Below, one piece after another: positions 44,255 to 59,058 of a stretch of 64,000 nucleotides of DNA. The notes under the pieces are model-generated. The model made no database searches, was not told the origin of the DNA, and saw only the letters and a list, made by a program, of their open reading frames with translations. Made by a program: the position numbers and the translations under genes. Origin of the DNA: Octopus sinensis (taxonomy: Eukaryota); the NCBI RefSeq assembly GCF_006345805.1, contig NC_043012.1, positions 25,978,001 to 26,042,000 of the forward strand, read 5' to 3'. The number at the start of each line of letters is the position of its first letter. The stretch's first letter is position 1.

Positions 44255-44475
44255 GGACGGTGGGCTGGAAGAATCGGTAGCACGCAGAGCAAAGTTCTTA
44301 GTGGCATTTCATCCATCCTTACATTCTGAGTTCAAATTCTGCCGAGGTCGAGCTTGCTTTGCATCTTTTAGGGGTCTTTAGAATAAGCACCAGTTGAGTA
44401 CTGGGGTCGATGTAATCAACATATCCCCATCCACGAAATTTCAGTTCCTGTGCCTATATTACTAAGGATTATTTA
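44255..44475 (+). mobile_element. SINE A'
   Basis: A head and core with a CTGTGCCTATATTACTAAGGATTATT tail. Confidence 0.8.
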
Positions 44476-44639
44476 CGGTAAAGCTTTTCACATGGATTTC
44501 CCTTTGAAGAAAACTCGACTTTCCTGATATTAGCAAATATTGTTGAATCTCAAAATATTTTAAGATATTTTTTTAATACGCGTTACTTTAACACGTGATC
44601 TTTGGCAATATCGAAAACTTCAAATGAATGCTATCTTTT

Positions 44640-45040
44640 ACCATCTTTGTACTTCAGTCATTAGACTGCGACCATGCTAGAGCAAAGTCTCGAAGAATAT
44701 TTAGTAGAATAAATCGACCATTACTTACATTTATTAAAAGCTGACACTTATTCAATCGTTCATTTTCGCCGAACCGCTAAGTTACGAGGGAGTAAGCATA
44801 GCAACCATGATTGTCAAGTTGTGTTGGGGGGGGGGTAAACACAGATACAATGACACTCACACACATATAAATATACACACACATAGGACGAGCAACCTCC
44901 TATTTCCGCTCACCAAAACTACTCACAAGGTTTTAGTAGGTCCGAGGGTATAGTAACAGTCTCTTGCCCAGGGTGCTAAGCAATGATTCTGTACTTTCAA
45001 GCATGGGGTAGATAAGCAAGATCCTTATCACAAAGCCATG
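44640..45040 (-). mobile_element. Degenerate SINE family B
   Basis: TTCAGTCATTAGACTGCGACCATGCT, GCCGAACCGCTAAGTTACG and TCTTGCCCAGGGTGC. Confidence 0.7.
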
Positions 45041-45098
45041 CTTAACATAAAGTAAATATAATGTCTGAAGAGACTCCGTAGCAGCAATTTATGGTATA

Positions 45099-45493
45099 CT
45101 AGCAGTATCTCCCGGCGTTGCTCGGGTTTGTAAGGGAAATAACTATACAGCATTTTTAGAGAGTTATAGCCAAAAAATAGCAAAAAAATGCATTAAAAAT
45201 GGAAAAAATATGATGGTAAATTTTTTTAAAAATCGCTGACTCATCGTAGACATTTTTAGAGAGTTACTTCCCTTTAAAAAAATATGCATGAAAATGGAAA
45301 AAATATGATGGTAAATTATTTTTAAAATCGTACACTCATCGTAGACGCGCGCTAATACCCAGAAAAGCTTGATATGAATCACGACTATAAGACACCCGGT
45401 TTTGGTTAAACTGCACCGCAAAATGTGGGAGTAGTTAGGAATCTAAATCGAAGGGGACAGACACTCACACAACTACAGTTTTATATATAAAGA
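45099..45493 (-). mobile_element. Non-autonomous Helitron
   Basis: Minus strand starts TC, ends in hairpin CCCGAGCAACGCCGGG followed by CTAG, and sits between A and T with no TSD. It has an internal tandem duplication. Confidence 0.8.
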
Positions 45494-46724
45494 TGAAATT
45501 GGAAAAAATATTTCAACCCAAATGAAAGCCGTACAAATCGAATACCGAGTGAAATGAGGCTAATAAATATACAGGCTAATGTCCATGTAGGCTAATGATA
45601 TATATATTTTCTTCAGAGTAGCCTCGTTTCATTTTGAAACGAGTCTAGCGAATAGGTTAATTGTTATGGCAATTGTGTCAATGGAATATTGGTGCAATCG
45701 GTCTTTTAATGCGTTGGAATTCATGGTTTGATGCGCATTTCCAATAGCATCGACACCACCACTACCTACTTACCAGCACAAAGTTCCTGCGACAGCGTAC
45801 CACATGCGCGTGTGTGCATATGTTTATATGAGTGTGAATGTTTGCTTGTGTGTGTGTGCGAATGTATTCTTGTGTGTCTGTGTGTGCATGTGTAAAAATG
45901 TGTGTTCGCAAAAATGTGCTAGCTTAGACGTCGAGAGGGAAGAATAAGAAGATATATATATATATGTGTGTATGTGTGTATGTATGTATGTATGTATGAA
46001 TGTGCATCTATATATATATATATATATACATACATATATATACATATATATATATATGTCTGTATGCATCTATAAAGATGAACAACACACATACACATAT
46101 ACACGCTGAGACACATCTTTCTCTCACAATCTGTCTTTCTGTTTAATATATATTTGCATGTGTGTGTATTTATATATCATGTACACACGTATGTGCGTGA
46201 GCATACTTTTCTTTGTGAGGGTTTGTATTTTGAGATATGTGATAACGAGAAACGAAGGAAAGAGAACGAAAGACAGAGAGATAGAGGAAAAGACAGAGAG
46301 AGAGGGGGGAAAAGAGGTGAGGAGACAGAGAAGAAGAATAAGCAATGGTTTGAGAACAGCTTTGAGACACGGGTTGAGTGCATTTAAAAACCTATTTTAC
46401 CTTTCACAGTTAACGAGTCCTCAATAAACGTGCATATCAGCATTTCATAGAATTGAAATTTTTAACGTCTCCTATATTTTGTCGTCACGCCTGAAGACAA
46501 AATTTCGCTCCAATGATTCCAAATTGAGATTATTCGGGCAATAGTTTCTAAGGAAAGAAAGAATACAGAAACATAATTGCCATTAAGTATGAAATAAGAA
46601 AAGCACAAAAGCTGAATTATGACGTTCTGTAATGCATTTCCAGGAGACGACACTCACATAGGTAGACATACATATATATGTATATGCATATATGCATAAA
46701 TACACATACATACATACATATACA

Positions 46725-46774
<50 letters not shown>

Positions 46775-46992
46775 TATATACACACATCCACACAAAAATA
46801 TTTGTGTGTCTGTGTGTACGTACGTATGTGTATATGTATGTTTTTATGTATGTATGTATGTATGCAAATATAAATGTGTATGTATGTGTATATATATATA
46901 TATATAATATATATATATATGCACAGATCATGTGTAACATATATATGTGTGTGTGAGTGTGTGTACATACATGTACAGATTATGTATAACAT

Positions 46993-47032
<40 letters not shown>

Positions 47033-47509
47033 TTATATATGTATATATGTAGATATATATACAAATATTACATGTGCAATATATATATGGATGTATATTA
47101 CACACACACACATATATATATTTATATATACATATACATACACACATATATTTATATGTATGTATTCGTTCAGGTTGACTTACAGAATTTTTTAAATTAT
47201 ATTATCTTTCATTTTATTTTTATCTTTTTTTTTTCTAATCTTTTTTGTGTTCACCAATGCATCAAATTGCTTGACCTGAAGTAAAATGCCTTCACAAAAT
47301 TCTTTAAAAACGTCGGTGTTCCAGAAGCTCAAGCCCTTCTCTGTTTCATTCCTACTCCCAAGGAAATATGATAGAAAGTACAAAACATTTCATCAAAACC
47401 AAATACTGAGTTGCACATCGTTTCTTAATTTTCACTCTCATCTTGGTTTTATATACAATATGGACCCTCCGTCTCATGATATCGGCTTCCCATTTTTGCC
47501 CAAGGCCAG

Positions 47510-48080
47510 CAGGTACTTGCTATCAACCCCGGAAGAGTAAAAGTTAAAGTCGACTTTGGCGTACCTTGAATTCGGGACATAAAACGGACGAATGCTGCCA
47601 AGCATTTTTGTCTGACGTTGTAACGATTCTGCCTATCCGCCGCCATCTTCTGTCTCATAATATCGCTGCTATTTTTTTTTCTTCTGGACAGGAATTGTTC
47701 TATGGTTGTTTAAATTGCTGTTTTTGTGATGTTACTTTTGTCATGTTGTTTTTCTGGGCGTTATGTTTTTTACTGTCTAATTTTATTTCAGTCTATGTTG
47801 GTATTCTGTCTAAATCATCATGACGACGTGTCGAAGTCAACTTTGATTTTCATCACTCTTGGAACAATAGACAAAGATAACAATCAGGCACTGGAGCCGA
47901 TAATATCGTAGAAATTGCTGGTCCTGTTCCTTACTCGGAAAACATTATTGTTATCGACCTTGCCATTTATCCTTTCGAAGTCGATAAATAATTTACTAGT
48001 GGAGTACTGGGATCGATGTAATTGACTAGTCCCCTTTCCTAAAATTTCAAGCCGTGTAGCTATCGTAGGAAGGAATATTA
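47510..48080. mobile_element. Cluster of degenerate SINE A/A' pieces
   Basis: Antisense core at 47520-47645; sense core and tail pieces at 47830-47940 and 47955-48080. Confidence 0.55.
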
Positions 48081-48539
48081 TTAGTATTATTATTATTATT
48101 ATTGGTATTATTTACTTTTAATATATATGTTTGTTAGAATCACCCGCCTAACACACCCGGCATCCTAGAGCTAGTGAATGATAAGAGAAACTACAGTATG
48201 ACTGAAAGCTTGAGGAGGGGAAGTGGCAGGAGCAGTAGGGAAATATCTTCATTTAATACAACACAGATATTTAAATTGGTAGGGTTTTTGTAAGGAAGTA
48301 GGCAATACTTGTCAGCACAATCTTTGGATTTCTCTGGGACATGGTTCTCCTGGGATATTACCTGCATTTTTAACCTCCCAATTTTAGCATACATAGGGCA
48401 CACACAATAACAGGAACAGTTCTCACTTGAAGATGCCACATCGTTTGTATTTCAATTTCCCGGTCCTTATATTTACTTAAATTGCCAAATTCCTTTACAG
48501 ATAGGTTTTTATCAGTGGGAACGCTTATATCTATTAGTC

Positions 48540-49030
48540 TATAAGTATTTTTCTTCCCAGACTTTGATGACTATGTCTGGTCTGTTAGCCTGGATCATTT
48601 AGTCAGTTTTGACTGGAAAATCACAGAGGATAGTGAAATTTTTACTTTCAACGACTGACTCAGGATGATGTTCATACCTGTAAGCAGGAATGCTAATTTT
48701 GTAGTGTTTACATATTTTCCTAGGTGTAAATACAGTCTTTCCCTAGCTTCGCGATTTTTGCAATCATTTGGTGTCAGCACAAGACATCCCGAGACGCGGT
48801 GGTTTATTGCTTCATCAAATTCATCACATAATCTGTATTTAGGGTCAGAACCATTTTGAAGAAAGTTAGTCACTTAGTTTCAGGCCTTCAGTTTTTAGTA
48901 GAAGGTATGTTGCTTGGTCTACACCTTTATTTCGGCTTCGAAGTATATGCTCTCCATTCAGAGATTTCTGTCTCCATCGCTCCTCAATTTATTTTTGTTT
49001 CTTCTATTTCGCAGTCTGTTTGATCCGTTT
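48540..49030 (-). mobile_element. R4/Dong-like LINE fragment (zinc knuckle region)
   Basis: ORF 48595-48873 PKYRLCDEFDEAINHRVSGCLVL resembles CRLC..ETIxHxxSGC; it abuts a (TGA)/(TAA)n tract. Confidence 0.7.
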
Positions 49031-49041
49031 CTATCATCATC

Positions 49042-49073
<32 letters not shown>

Positions 49074-49075
49074 CA

Positions 49076-49117
<42 letters not shown>

Positions 49118-49140
49118 TATTATTATTATTATTATTATTA

Positions 49141-49224
<84 letters not shown>

Positions 49225-49231
49225 TATTATA

Positions 49232-49613
49232 TGCTTGACTTTGTTTTGTATTTAGAGAAGTTGTTTCCAAGTCTCACTGAGAGACCTCAAGAAACAACAA
49301 GTAGAAAGTTCAAGTTGGTGTTATGAAAAGGTTGCCATAGATTTGGTTTTGCAAGTATTCTTCTAGGAATCTCTAAGAAAGCAAGAAAATTATAAGTTTG
49401 TTCTAAAATTTGGGATTGATTAGGCGGTGTTTATGTAGGATGTGGGCAGTTCCCATGAGCACTACTTTTTGAATTTCTTCTATTTTTGGATTTCCTGATT
49501 TCTGAGCTAAATAGCTATCATGCTATCATTCCTAAGGCACTTACCACAAGAGCTATTGTCTTAGTCTTCAGGTTTCACATTATGCTAATTTCTATTTCTA
49601 GATCTGTATTATT
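49232..49613 (-). mobile_element. R4/Dong-like LINE 3' end
   Basis: Peptides KTIALVVSALGMI and IQKVVLMGTAHIL; both flanks are (TAA)n. Confidence 0.7.
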
Positions 49614-49614
49614 A

Positions 49615-49700
<86 letters not shown>

Positions 49701-49714
49701 CATCATCATCATCA

Positions 49715-49766
<52 letters not shown>

Positions 49767-49844
49767 GTTGTTGTTATTGTGGTTATTGTTGTTGTTGTTG
49801 TTGTTGCTGTGGTTGTTATGATTATTATCATTATTATTATTATT

Positions 49845-50571
49845 GCCTTCTAACGCTGCAGATGTACTGCGGTCTCAGATGTTCACTACCAGTGAACTAA
49901 AGTAACACCTCTTATTTTTCAAGCACCATCCGGACTATTCGAGCGGTTCCAAGCAGTGCTGTTTTCAGCAAGTTCTCAAACCTAATTGCAGCCCCTATTT
50001 ATTCCATGTACTTCTCGGGATTTTTACTCACTGTTCCCAGGGCTCCGAAAATTATTGGTACCACTACCACCTTTTTCTTCGACCACAACAGCTTTACCTC
50101 CCAAGCTAACTGTCAAACCTATCGACATTTCTTTCTTCCTCATCGCATACCTTAATGTCAGATGGACATGCTATATCTATCATCGAGCATAGTTGGTTTC
50201 TTTATCAATTAAGGCTATGTCAGACTTGGTGTTCTCTATTTCATGGTTGCACTGAATCACAAAATCCCACAGGATCTTTGCATTATCATGTTCGATGATG
50301 CCTTCGCGTTTGTGGTCCTACCAATTTTTTCCTCGGTCAAGTCTATACTCGTTGCTATATTGTCGTGGCGTCTCTTATATTCCTTTTGGGCTAGTGGCGT
50401 ACATTGTCTGGTAATATGCTATACGGTTTCACCATTTAGTTTACCTATTCTGCACTTATCACTTTCTGATGTGTTGTCTATTCTATATTTCATGCAGTTT
50501 CTTTTTAGTGCTTGCACAGGTTAGAGCCTCTGTTTCCAGTATTAAATCACTTTTAGTCATCCGCAGCCATC
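49845..50571 (-). mobile_element. R4/Dong-like LINE 3' fragment, copy 1
   Basis: CCHC-like knuckle, LAQKEYKRRHD and an RLE domain; flanked by (TAA)n. Confidence 0.88.
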
Positions 50572-50613
<42 letters not shown>

Positions 50614-50636
50614 TATTATTATTATTGTTATTATTA

Positions 50637-50679
<43 letters not shown>

Positions 50680-50757
50680 GTTGTTGTTGTTATTGTGGTT
50701 ATTGTTGTTGTTGTTGTTGCTGTGGTTGTTATGATTATTATCATTATTATTATTATT

Positions 50758-51486
50758 GCCTTCTAACGCTGCAGATGTACTGCGGTCTCAGATGTTCACT
50801 ACCAGTGAACTAAAGTAACACCTCTTATTTTTCAAGCAGCATCCGGACTATTCCAGCGGTTCCAAGCAGTGCTGTTTTCAGCAAGTTCTCAAACCTAATT
50901 GCAGCCCCTATTTATTCCATGTACTTCTCGGGATTTTTACTCACTGTTCCCAGGGCTCCGAAAATTATTGGTACCACTACCACCTTTTTCTTCGACCACA
51001 ACAGCTTTACCTCCCAAGCTAACCTGTCAAACCTATCGACATTTCTTTCTTCCTCATCGCATACCTTAATGTCAGATGGACATGCTATATCTATCATCGA
51101 GCATAGTTTGGTTTCTTTATCAATTAAGGCTATGTCAGACTTGGTGTTCTCTATTTCATGGTTGCACTGAATCACAAAATCCCACAGGATCTTTGCATTA
51201 TCATGTTCGATGATGCCTTCGCGTTTGTGGTCCTACCAATTTTTTCCTCGGTCAAGTCTATACTCGTTGCTATATTGTCGTGGCGTCTCTTATATTCCTT
51301 CTGGGCTAGTGGCGTACATTGTCTGGTAATATGCTATACGGTTTCACCATTTAGTTTACCTATTCTGCACTTATCACTTTCTGATGTGTTGTCTATTCTA
51401 TATTTCATGCAGTTTCTTTTTATTGCTTGCACAGGTTAGAGCCTCTGTTTCCAGTATTAAATCAATTTTAGTCATCCGCAGCCATC
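50758..51486 (-). mobile_element. R4/Dong-like LINE 3' fragment, copy 2 (tandem duplicate)
   Basis: ORF 50912-51175 IQCNHEIENTKSDIALIDK..IDIACP..VVVPIIFGALGTV is a PD..D restriction-like endonuclease remnant. Confidence 0.9.
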
Positions 51487-51560
<74 letters not shown>

Positions 51561-51784
51561 CATCATCATCATCATCATCATATCATCATCATTATTATAT
51601 TATTGTTATTATATTATTATTATTATTATTATTATCATATTATTATTATATTATTATTATTATTATATTATCATCATCATCATCATCATCTCATCATCAT
51701 CATCATCATCATTATCATTAACATCATCATCATTATTATTATTATGTTATTATTATTTTATTATTATTATTATCATTATTATTA

Positions 51785-51835
<51 letters not shown>

Positions 51836-51867
51836 TGTTATTATTATTATTATCATTATTATTATTA

Positions 51868-51927
<60 letters not shown>

Positions 51928-52073
51928 CATCATCATCATCATATCATCATCATCATTATTATTATTATTGTTATTATTATTATTATCATTATTATTATTA
52001 TCATTATTATTATTATATTATTATTATATTATTATTATTATTATTATTGTTGTTGTTGTTGTTGTTGTTGTTA
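51487..52073. repeat. Long (TAT/CAT/TGT)n trinucleotide tract
   Basis: Direct reading. Confidence 0.95.
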
Positions 52074-52312
52074 TCCAGTGAGATAGCAATGCATGTCATC
52101 AAAATGAGACTTGGGTAAAACATACTAAGCCTAGTTTACCCATCATTACTACTCGTCTGATAAGGGTACACCTGGCACAGGCATCGGAACCATATGTGTG
52201 TGACATGGGGATCTCATATCTAGATAAACAGCGCATGACCTTGGAGGTGGGGCCCAGTTTGAATTTTCTTCTGGTCGATTAGCCTATCCCTTTCAAAAGG
52301 CATCCTAAAGAA
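52074..52312 (-). mobile_element. Unclassified interspersed repeat (family E), partial
   Basis: Reverse-complement homologue of ~58685-58918; strand assigned relative to that copy. Confidence 0.65.
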
Positions 52313-52329
52313 GTTTTGTTTATGGATAT

Positions 52330-52380
<51 letters not shown>

Positions 52381-52387
52381 CACCACC

Positions 52388-52424
<37 letters not shown>

Positions 52425-52473
52425 TTATTATTATTATCATCAGCATCAGCATCATCATCATCATCATCATTAT

Positions 52474-52620
52474 TGGCAGAATCGTTAGGACGCTCGACGA
52501 AATGCTTAGCGGTATTTCGTGTCTTTACGTTCTCAGTTCAAATTCCGCCGAGGTCCACTGTGCCTTTCATCCTTTCGGCGACAATAAATCAAGTACCAAT
52601 TGCGTACTGGGGTTGATCCG
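52474..52620 (+). mobile_element. SINE A (partial)
   Basis: TGGCAGAATCGTTAG..GTTCAAATTCCGCCGAGGTC core. Confidence 0.8.
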
Positions 52621-53125
52621 ATGTGCCCATACCATCTTTTCTCTGTTATTATTCCTTAGTGTTTGCATTGCTTCCGGTGTGTGTATGTCCCAACTCTGTC
52701 GTGTCTGTGAATATATTCCTTCTTAGCCAGGACTGAGTAGCTAGAGATAATATTATTTATTGTTTCTCCAACTCCACATATTCTGTAGTTATTTTTTATA
52801 TTCATATTCATTATATGTCTTGGTAATTTCTGGTGAGGAGTCTTTGGTCTTGTGCTGCAATTAAAAGTCCTTCAGTCTCTGCTTTGAGTCCTGAGAATCT
52901 CAACCATTGCTGGGAGTTTGCTTTGTCTGTTTATTTTGCATTTAATTCAGACCAATATTTGCTATGAAGGGACATTTCTTGTTATTGTTTTATTATGCTC
53001 CGTTCCTGTTCTAGTTTTAATTTGGATTTCATTAGTCTTACAGCTTTTGATGTTTCTTCTTTTTCTTCATAGTTGTTAGGTAGTACCACTTTCCTTTTGT
53101 CAGCTTCCTTAAAGACTGAAAACAG
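52621..53125 (-). mobile_element. R4/Dong-like LINE fragment
   Basis: SQQWLRFSGLKAETEGLLIAAQDQ..ICGVGETINNIISS..LAKKEYIHRHDRVG; abuts (TAA)n. Confidence 0.85.
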
Positions 53126-53192
<67 letters not shown>

Positions 53193-53257
53193 TTGTTGTT
53201 GTTGTTGTTGTTGTTGTTATTATTATCATCATCGCCATCATCATCATCATCATTATT

Positions 53258-53471
53258 GAGACGGTGAGCTGGTAGAATCATTATCACTTAGGGCAAAATG
53301 CTTAGCGGCTTTTCGTCCGTCCTTACGTCCTGAATTCAAATTCTGCTGAGGTTGATTCTGCCTTTCATCCTTTCCAAGTCCGTGGAATAAGTATCAGTTA
53401 TACACTGGGGTGCATATTATCGACTAGCCCCCTCCTGCACAATTTCAGGCCTTGTGCCTTTCGCAGAAAAG

Positions 53472-53531
<60 letters not shown>

Positions 53532-54250
53532 GCACTGGAGTCGATGATATCGACTCACCTCTCCACAAAAATCCCGGTCCTTGTGTCTATATTAGAAAGG
53601 ACTATAATCATTTTTACTATTAATAAAGTGACTAAGGCAGCAAGCTAGCCTAATCGTTAGCACCACGGGCAAAAATGCTTAGCGGTATTTATAGTTTGAG
53701 TTCAAATAACTCCGAGGTCGAATTCGCCTTTCATCCTTACGGGTCCGATATATTAAGTACCATTAAAACACTGGTGTCGTTGTAATCGACTAGTCCCCAC
53801 CAAAAAATTTAGACGTTGTGCCTTTAGTAGAAAGTATTATTAATTAATTTATTTATTTATTAAGGCGTGAGCTGGCAGAATCTTTAATAAACCGCACAAA
53901 ATACTGAGCGGAATTTCATCTGTCTTTAAGTACAAAGTTGAAATTCCGCCGAAGTCGACTTTACCATTGGTCATTTCGGGGTCGAGTCAAAAATCCACCT
54001 GAAAACTAGAGTCGAAGTAATCGAAGAAATCTTCTTTCAAAACTTTAGGCGCTGTTATCATTAGCTGAAATGATTATCCTTAATTAGGTGGAAACCAGTA
54101 GAATCGTACGAGTGACAGACGAAGTAATTTGTGGTATTTCAATAGGTTATTTATATTGCGTGTTCAAATTTCGCCGTGCAGAATGTGGCTTTTATCGTTC
54201 CGTTGGTCATAAACTGAAGCACGAACCAGTTACAAGTGTCTAGAATATCC
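53258..54250 (+). mobile_element. Head-to-tail cluster of about five diverged SINE A' copies
   Basis: Copies at ~53258, 53532 (tail only), 53635, 53862 and 54085, separated by short (ATT)n. Confidence 0.8.
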
Positions 54251-55142
54251 ACTTGTCCTTTCCGTCATAAGAAACTTCGTATAACATCACACACCAAAAA
54301 AAAAAATGGTGTATGTACTTATATACAGGGTGTAAAAGTAGGTCTATAGTTATCACGTATGCACTTTAAATTTCTTTTAAAACATTTTATTACATTTGAA
54401 TTTCTATCTTACAAACTAAATCGGAGCTTGACTAAATTAACTAAATTAGCATAGAATAACGGTTTCATTTTTTTTTTCATAAATAAGATCTAAAACTGTT
54501 AATATATGAATGCGAAAGAGATAATTGAATAACTATAAACATAATTTTGCTCCACCCTATATATATTTATAAATTTGCAAGGTGATAAACAATATCGAGC
54601 TGGAAAAATCGTTAGCGCAAAATTTCTTTCGGGTATTTGTGTCCTAAGCTCAAAACCCAATGATGTCAGTGTTTCCACTGATCTCTTCGAGTTCGATAAA
54701 TAGCAAATAAAATTTAACAACTGATGTTGATGTTATCGAATAACACACCACCAATGTCGGATTTACCCTTTTGCTAAAATTTGAAAAAGTTTGTACTGTT
54801 AGTAACACTATTACAATTATTATTTATGTTGCTAGTATTAATTCTACTTGTGGTGTACTGGTAGTGGTAATGCTGTAATAGGTAAAGTAAGGTGATGTTT
54901 ACCCCACTATTATCACACAGGTAAATAATACCTTAAGATTCTAATGTAATTAAGAGAAACCGTTCTTTTGTATTTCATGGTGGAACCTAAACACATGTGG
55001 ACACACACACATACACACACAGACAAACTTATTTCTGCGTGCGCCTGTGTATGTTCTAGTTTTATACATGTATAACTATATATCTCGACATAAGTATGCG
55101 TAAGCATACATTCTCATACACTCACACTTATAACGTATGTAA

Positions 55143-55185
<43 letters not shown>

Positions 55186-55186
55186 C

Positions 55187-55230
<44 letters not shown>

Positions 55231-55300
55231 ATATATGTATATGTATGTGTATATATATATTTATATACATTGTATATATATATATGATGTGTGTGAATAC

Positions 55301-55331
<31 letters not shown>

Positions 55332-56282
55332 ATATACATACATACATACGAGCTATCACTGTATCTCTTTTGTCAGCCGCTCTTCGAAGTTACATTTAAC
55401 TATTTTTTCTACTTGTTTGCTTGGAGTGTCTTTTTTTCTGTACTTCTATATTTATTAATTAAATTTATTTATTTATATATTTATTTATTTATTTGATATT
55501 ATAATTAATCATTACGTTTCGTAATTTATTACTACGATAAGATAGAAAGATGTTCTCTTTTATTTTTTACTATCTGTTTCATTAGATTTTTTTTCTGTTT
55601 TTTTTTGTTGTTGTTATTATCGTAGTTCTTGCATTTATGGATAATTTTGTTTTGGTTTGGCGTGTAAGGTGTGTGGAACGGCAGGTGTAGAGTCTTGTTA
55701 TTTTAGTCTTCAGCAACAACTGATTATGACTTGGTCATCGCTAATGGCCCTCAACTTCCTTAATCAATGATCGAATTTAATAAAATATTTCCAATTGATG
55801 TTTTCTCTATCGATGTCGATTTTTCAGTCGATAATGACTCGGAATAGTCGCTTCTCATTATCTTGTTCGTTGGACACGAATAACATTAAAAAAATAAATA
55901 AATAAATAACTTATACAATATAATGTGTTTGTGTGTGTGTATGAAGTTGTATGTGTACGTGTGTGTGTGTGGGGGGGGAGTATGTGTGGATGTATTTATG
56001 TTTGCTTGTGTGTGTGTATACATCAACAAATGTTTACGATTATGCACTACCATACAAACAGAGCTACTCATAAAAAAAGCGACACATACACACATATACA
56101 TATATATACACACACCGACGCGCACACACACATAGATATATATATACACACATATACATATATATGCATACGCATACATATATATATATATATATATATA
56201 TAGATAGATAGATAGATATATGTATATATATATATACATATATATACATACGTATACATAAATATATATATATACATATATC

Positions 56283-56313
<31 letters not shown>

Positions 56314-56375
56314 GTATATATATACATATATATATATATATGTATACATATATATACATATATATATATATATAC

Positions 56376-56408
<33 letters not shown>

Positions 56409-57089
56409 ATATATATATATATATGTGTGTATACTATATATATATATATAAATGTATACGTATGTATACGTATGTATATATATGCATATATATTTATACA
56501 TATATATATATATATATCCACTAATATGTGAGAATGTGTGTATATATATATACTGTATATATATATATAATATGCCCGTACATAAACTTGTATATATAAA
56601 TATGTGTGTGTGCGTGCGTGTGTATATGCTTGTGCATGCCTGCATGTATGTGTGCATTGACACGTACACAGTTACACAAAACACACGCTCACATGCATGA
56701 GTTTGACGTTATTCTAACACGGTATCATCAAAATGCATACGCATATGGAATATGTACTGCTTTATAACATGTATATATATGTGGGTGTATTTGGTGTTAT
56801 AGTTGGTGTTGCTGCGTTAATAACGCTTTATGCGTGTGGCTGGATATGTGGCTGTGCGTGTGTCTGTGTGTGTGTGTAGGTGTGTACTGCATGCGTGTGC
56901 ATGAATAGAGAGGGAAATTTTATTGAAATGGTTCTCTACATTATCGATACAATACTGAGCAGAACTATAACAGGTAACAATGAATCCCCGATATGAAAGT
57001 TCATACACACACCTAACAAGACATATCCATTACCTGTAAGAGACATGTCTCTCTCGTCTACACCCGCTTTCACTCTCTCGCTCTCTACC

Positions 57090-57094
57090 TACCA

Positions 57095-57140
<46 letters not shown>

Positions 57141-57158
57141 ATATATATATATATATAT

Positions 57159-57201
<43 letters not shown>

Positions 57202-57211
57202 CCTACCAATA

Positions 57212-57280
<69 letters not shown>

Positions 57281-57290
57281 GTCTGTCTAA

Positions 57291-57370
<80 letters not shown>

Positions 57371-57440
57371 ACATTTATCTATCTATCAATCTATCTGGCT
57401 GTCTATCTATTTATCTATATATGTATCTATATATCTATGT
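57090..57440. repeat. (CTAT)n microsatellite
   Basis: Direct reading. Confidence 0.95.
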
Positions 57441-57627
57441 ACCTCTCTATCTATCATATCTTTGTCTCTCTCTCTGAATGCATATATGTGTATGTATCTG
57501 TGCGTGTGCTTGCATGTATATATATATATATATATTTATTTATATATGTGCATATATATATATATATGTCTCTCTATCTAATGCATATATGTGTATGTAT
57601 GTGTATGTGCTTGCATGTAATATATAT

Positions 57628-57692
<65 letters not shown>

Positions 57693-57757
57693 ATATGTAC
57701 AAATGTATATATATATATATATACATGTATATATATCATACCTCTCTCTCTCTTTCA

Positions 57758-57790
<33 letters not shown>

Positions 57791-58176
57791 ATTATATATG
57801 CGTGTGTGTGTGTGTGTGTGTGTGAGTGTATGTGCATATGTATTCATATGCCTGTGTCAGTGTGTATGCATATAAAATCACACACATTTATTTGTATACT
57901 TCGTTCTTTTTAAATCTTCACATTTTGCAAACACTTGCCGCACATCCTGTGCAATGATGACGGCTAAGCATCAGCACTGATTACAATATTTAAAAAAAAA
58001 AGAAGTTAAATATAAAGCAAAACATATACAGAAAAAAAAAGCAGAAATAATAACAAAACCAACATAAAGGAAAATAAATATTATCAACTGCAGCAGATCA
58101 TATAACATAAATTCGTTCCGAACTTGTGTTAAAATTTATATAATATGAAAATCAACGCACATGTTTAGAGTGTAGT

Positions 58177-58440
<264 letters not shown>

Positions 58441-58454
58441 CAATATTTAAAGTA

Positions 58455-58918
58455 TGAGCTACAGCAAGAATTCTACTCAATACCACGGATTTGCTCGTGA
58501 GTTGTTTGACCCTAAACAGTTGAGCATGTCCCATGGTGGATGACAATATGTGCCCCTCTGATTACAAGCAGAAGTACTGGGGAGGGGGGTATCATAGCTA
58601 TGTGTTGAAAGGAATTCTTTGGAGTTTAGATAATACACCACTGGAGAAATGGGTGTTGCGATCAACATACTTAAACAACCCTTAGTCAGGGAACCTTTTG
58701 AACAGGATGGGTTACTCGACCAGAAGAAAATTCTATCTGGGCTCCGCTTGGAAATTCATGCACTGTTTATCCTGATATCAGATCACAATGTCGCGCGCAT
58801 ATAGTTGTGATGCATGTGCCTGGGGTACCCTTATCAGACGTGTAGTTAAGATGGGTATACTTGGCTTCGCATAAATGTACCCAAGTTTCACTTTGATGGC
58901 ATACGCTATCTCACTCAA
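58455..58918 (+). mobile_element. Unclassified interspersed repeat (family E)
   Basis: Homologous to 52074-52312; lies between trinucleotide tracts and ends CTATCTCACTCAAT followed by (AAC)n. Confidence 0.65.
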
Positions 58919-59010
58919 TAGCAACAACAACAACAAAACAACAACAACACCAACAACACCAACAACAACAAGGCATACGGAGCTGTAAATGCCTGGTACT
59001 GCATCAGGGC

Positions 59011-59058
<48 letters not shown>

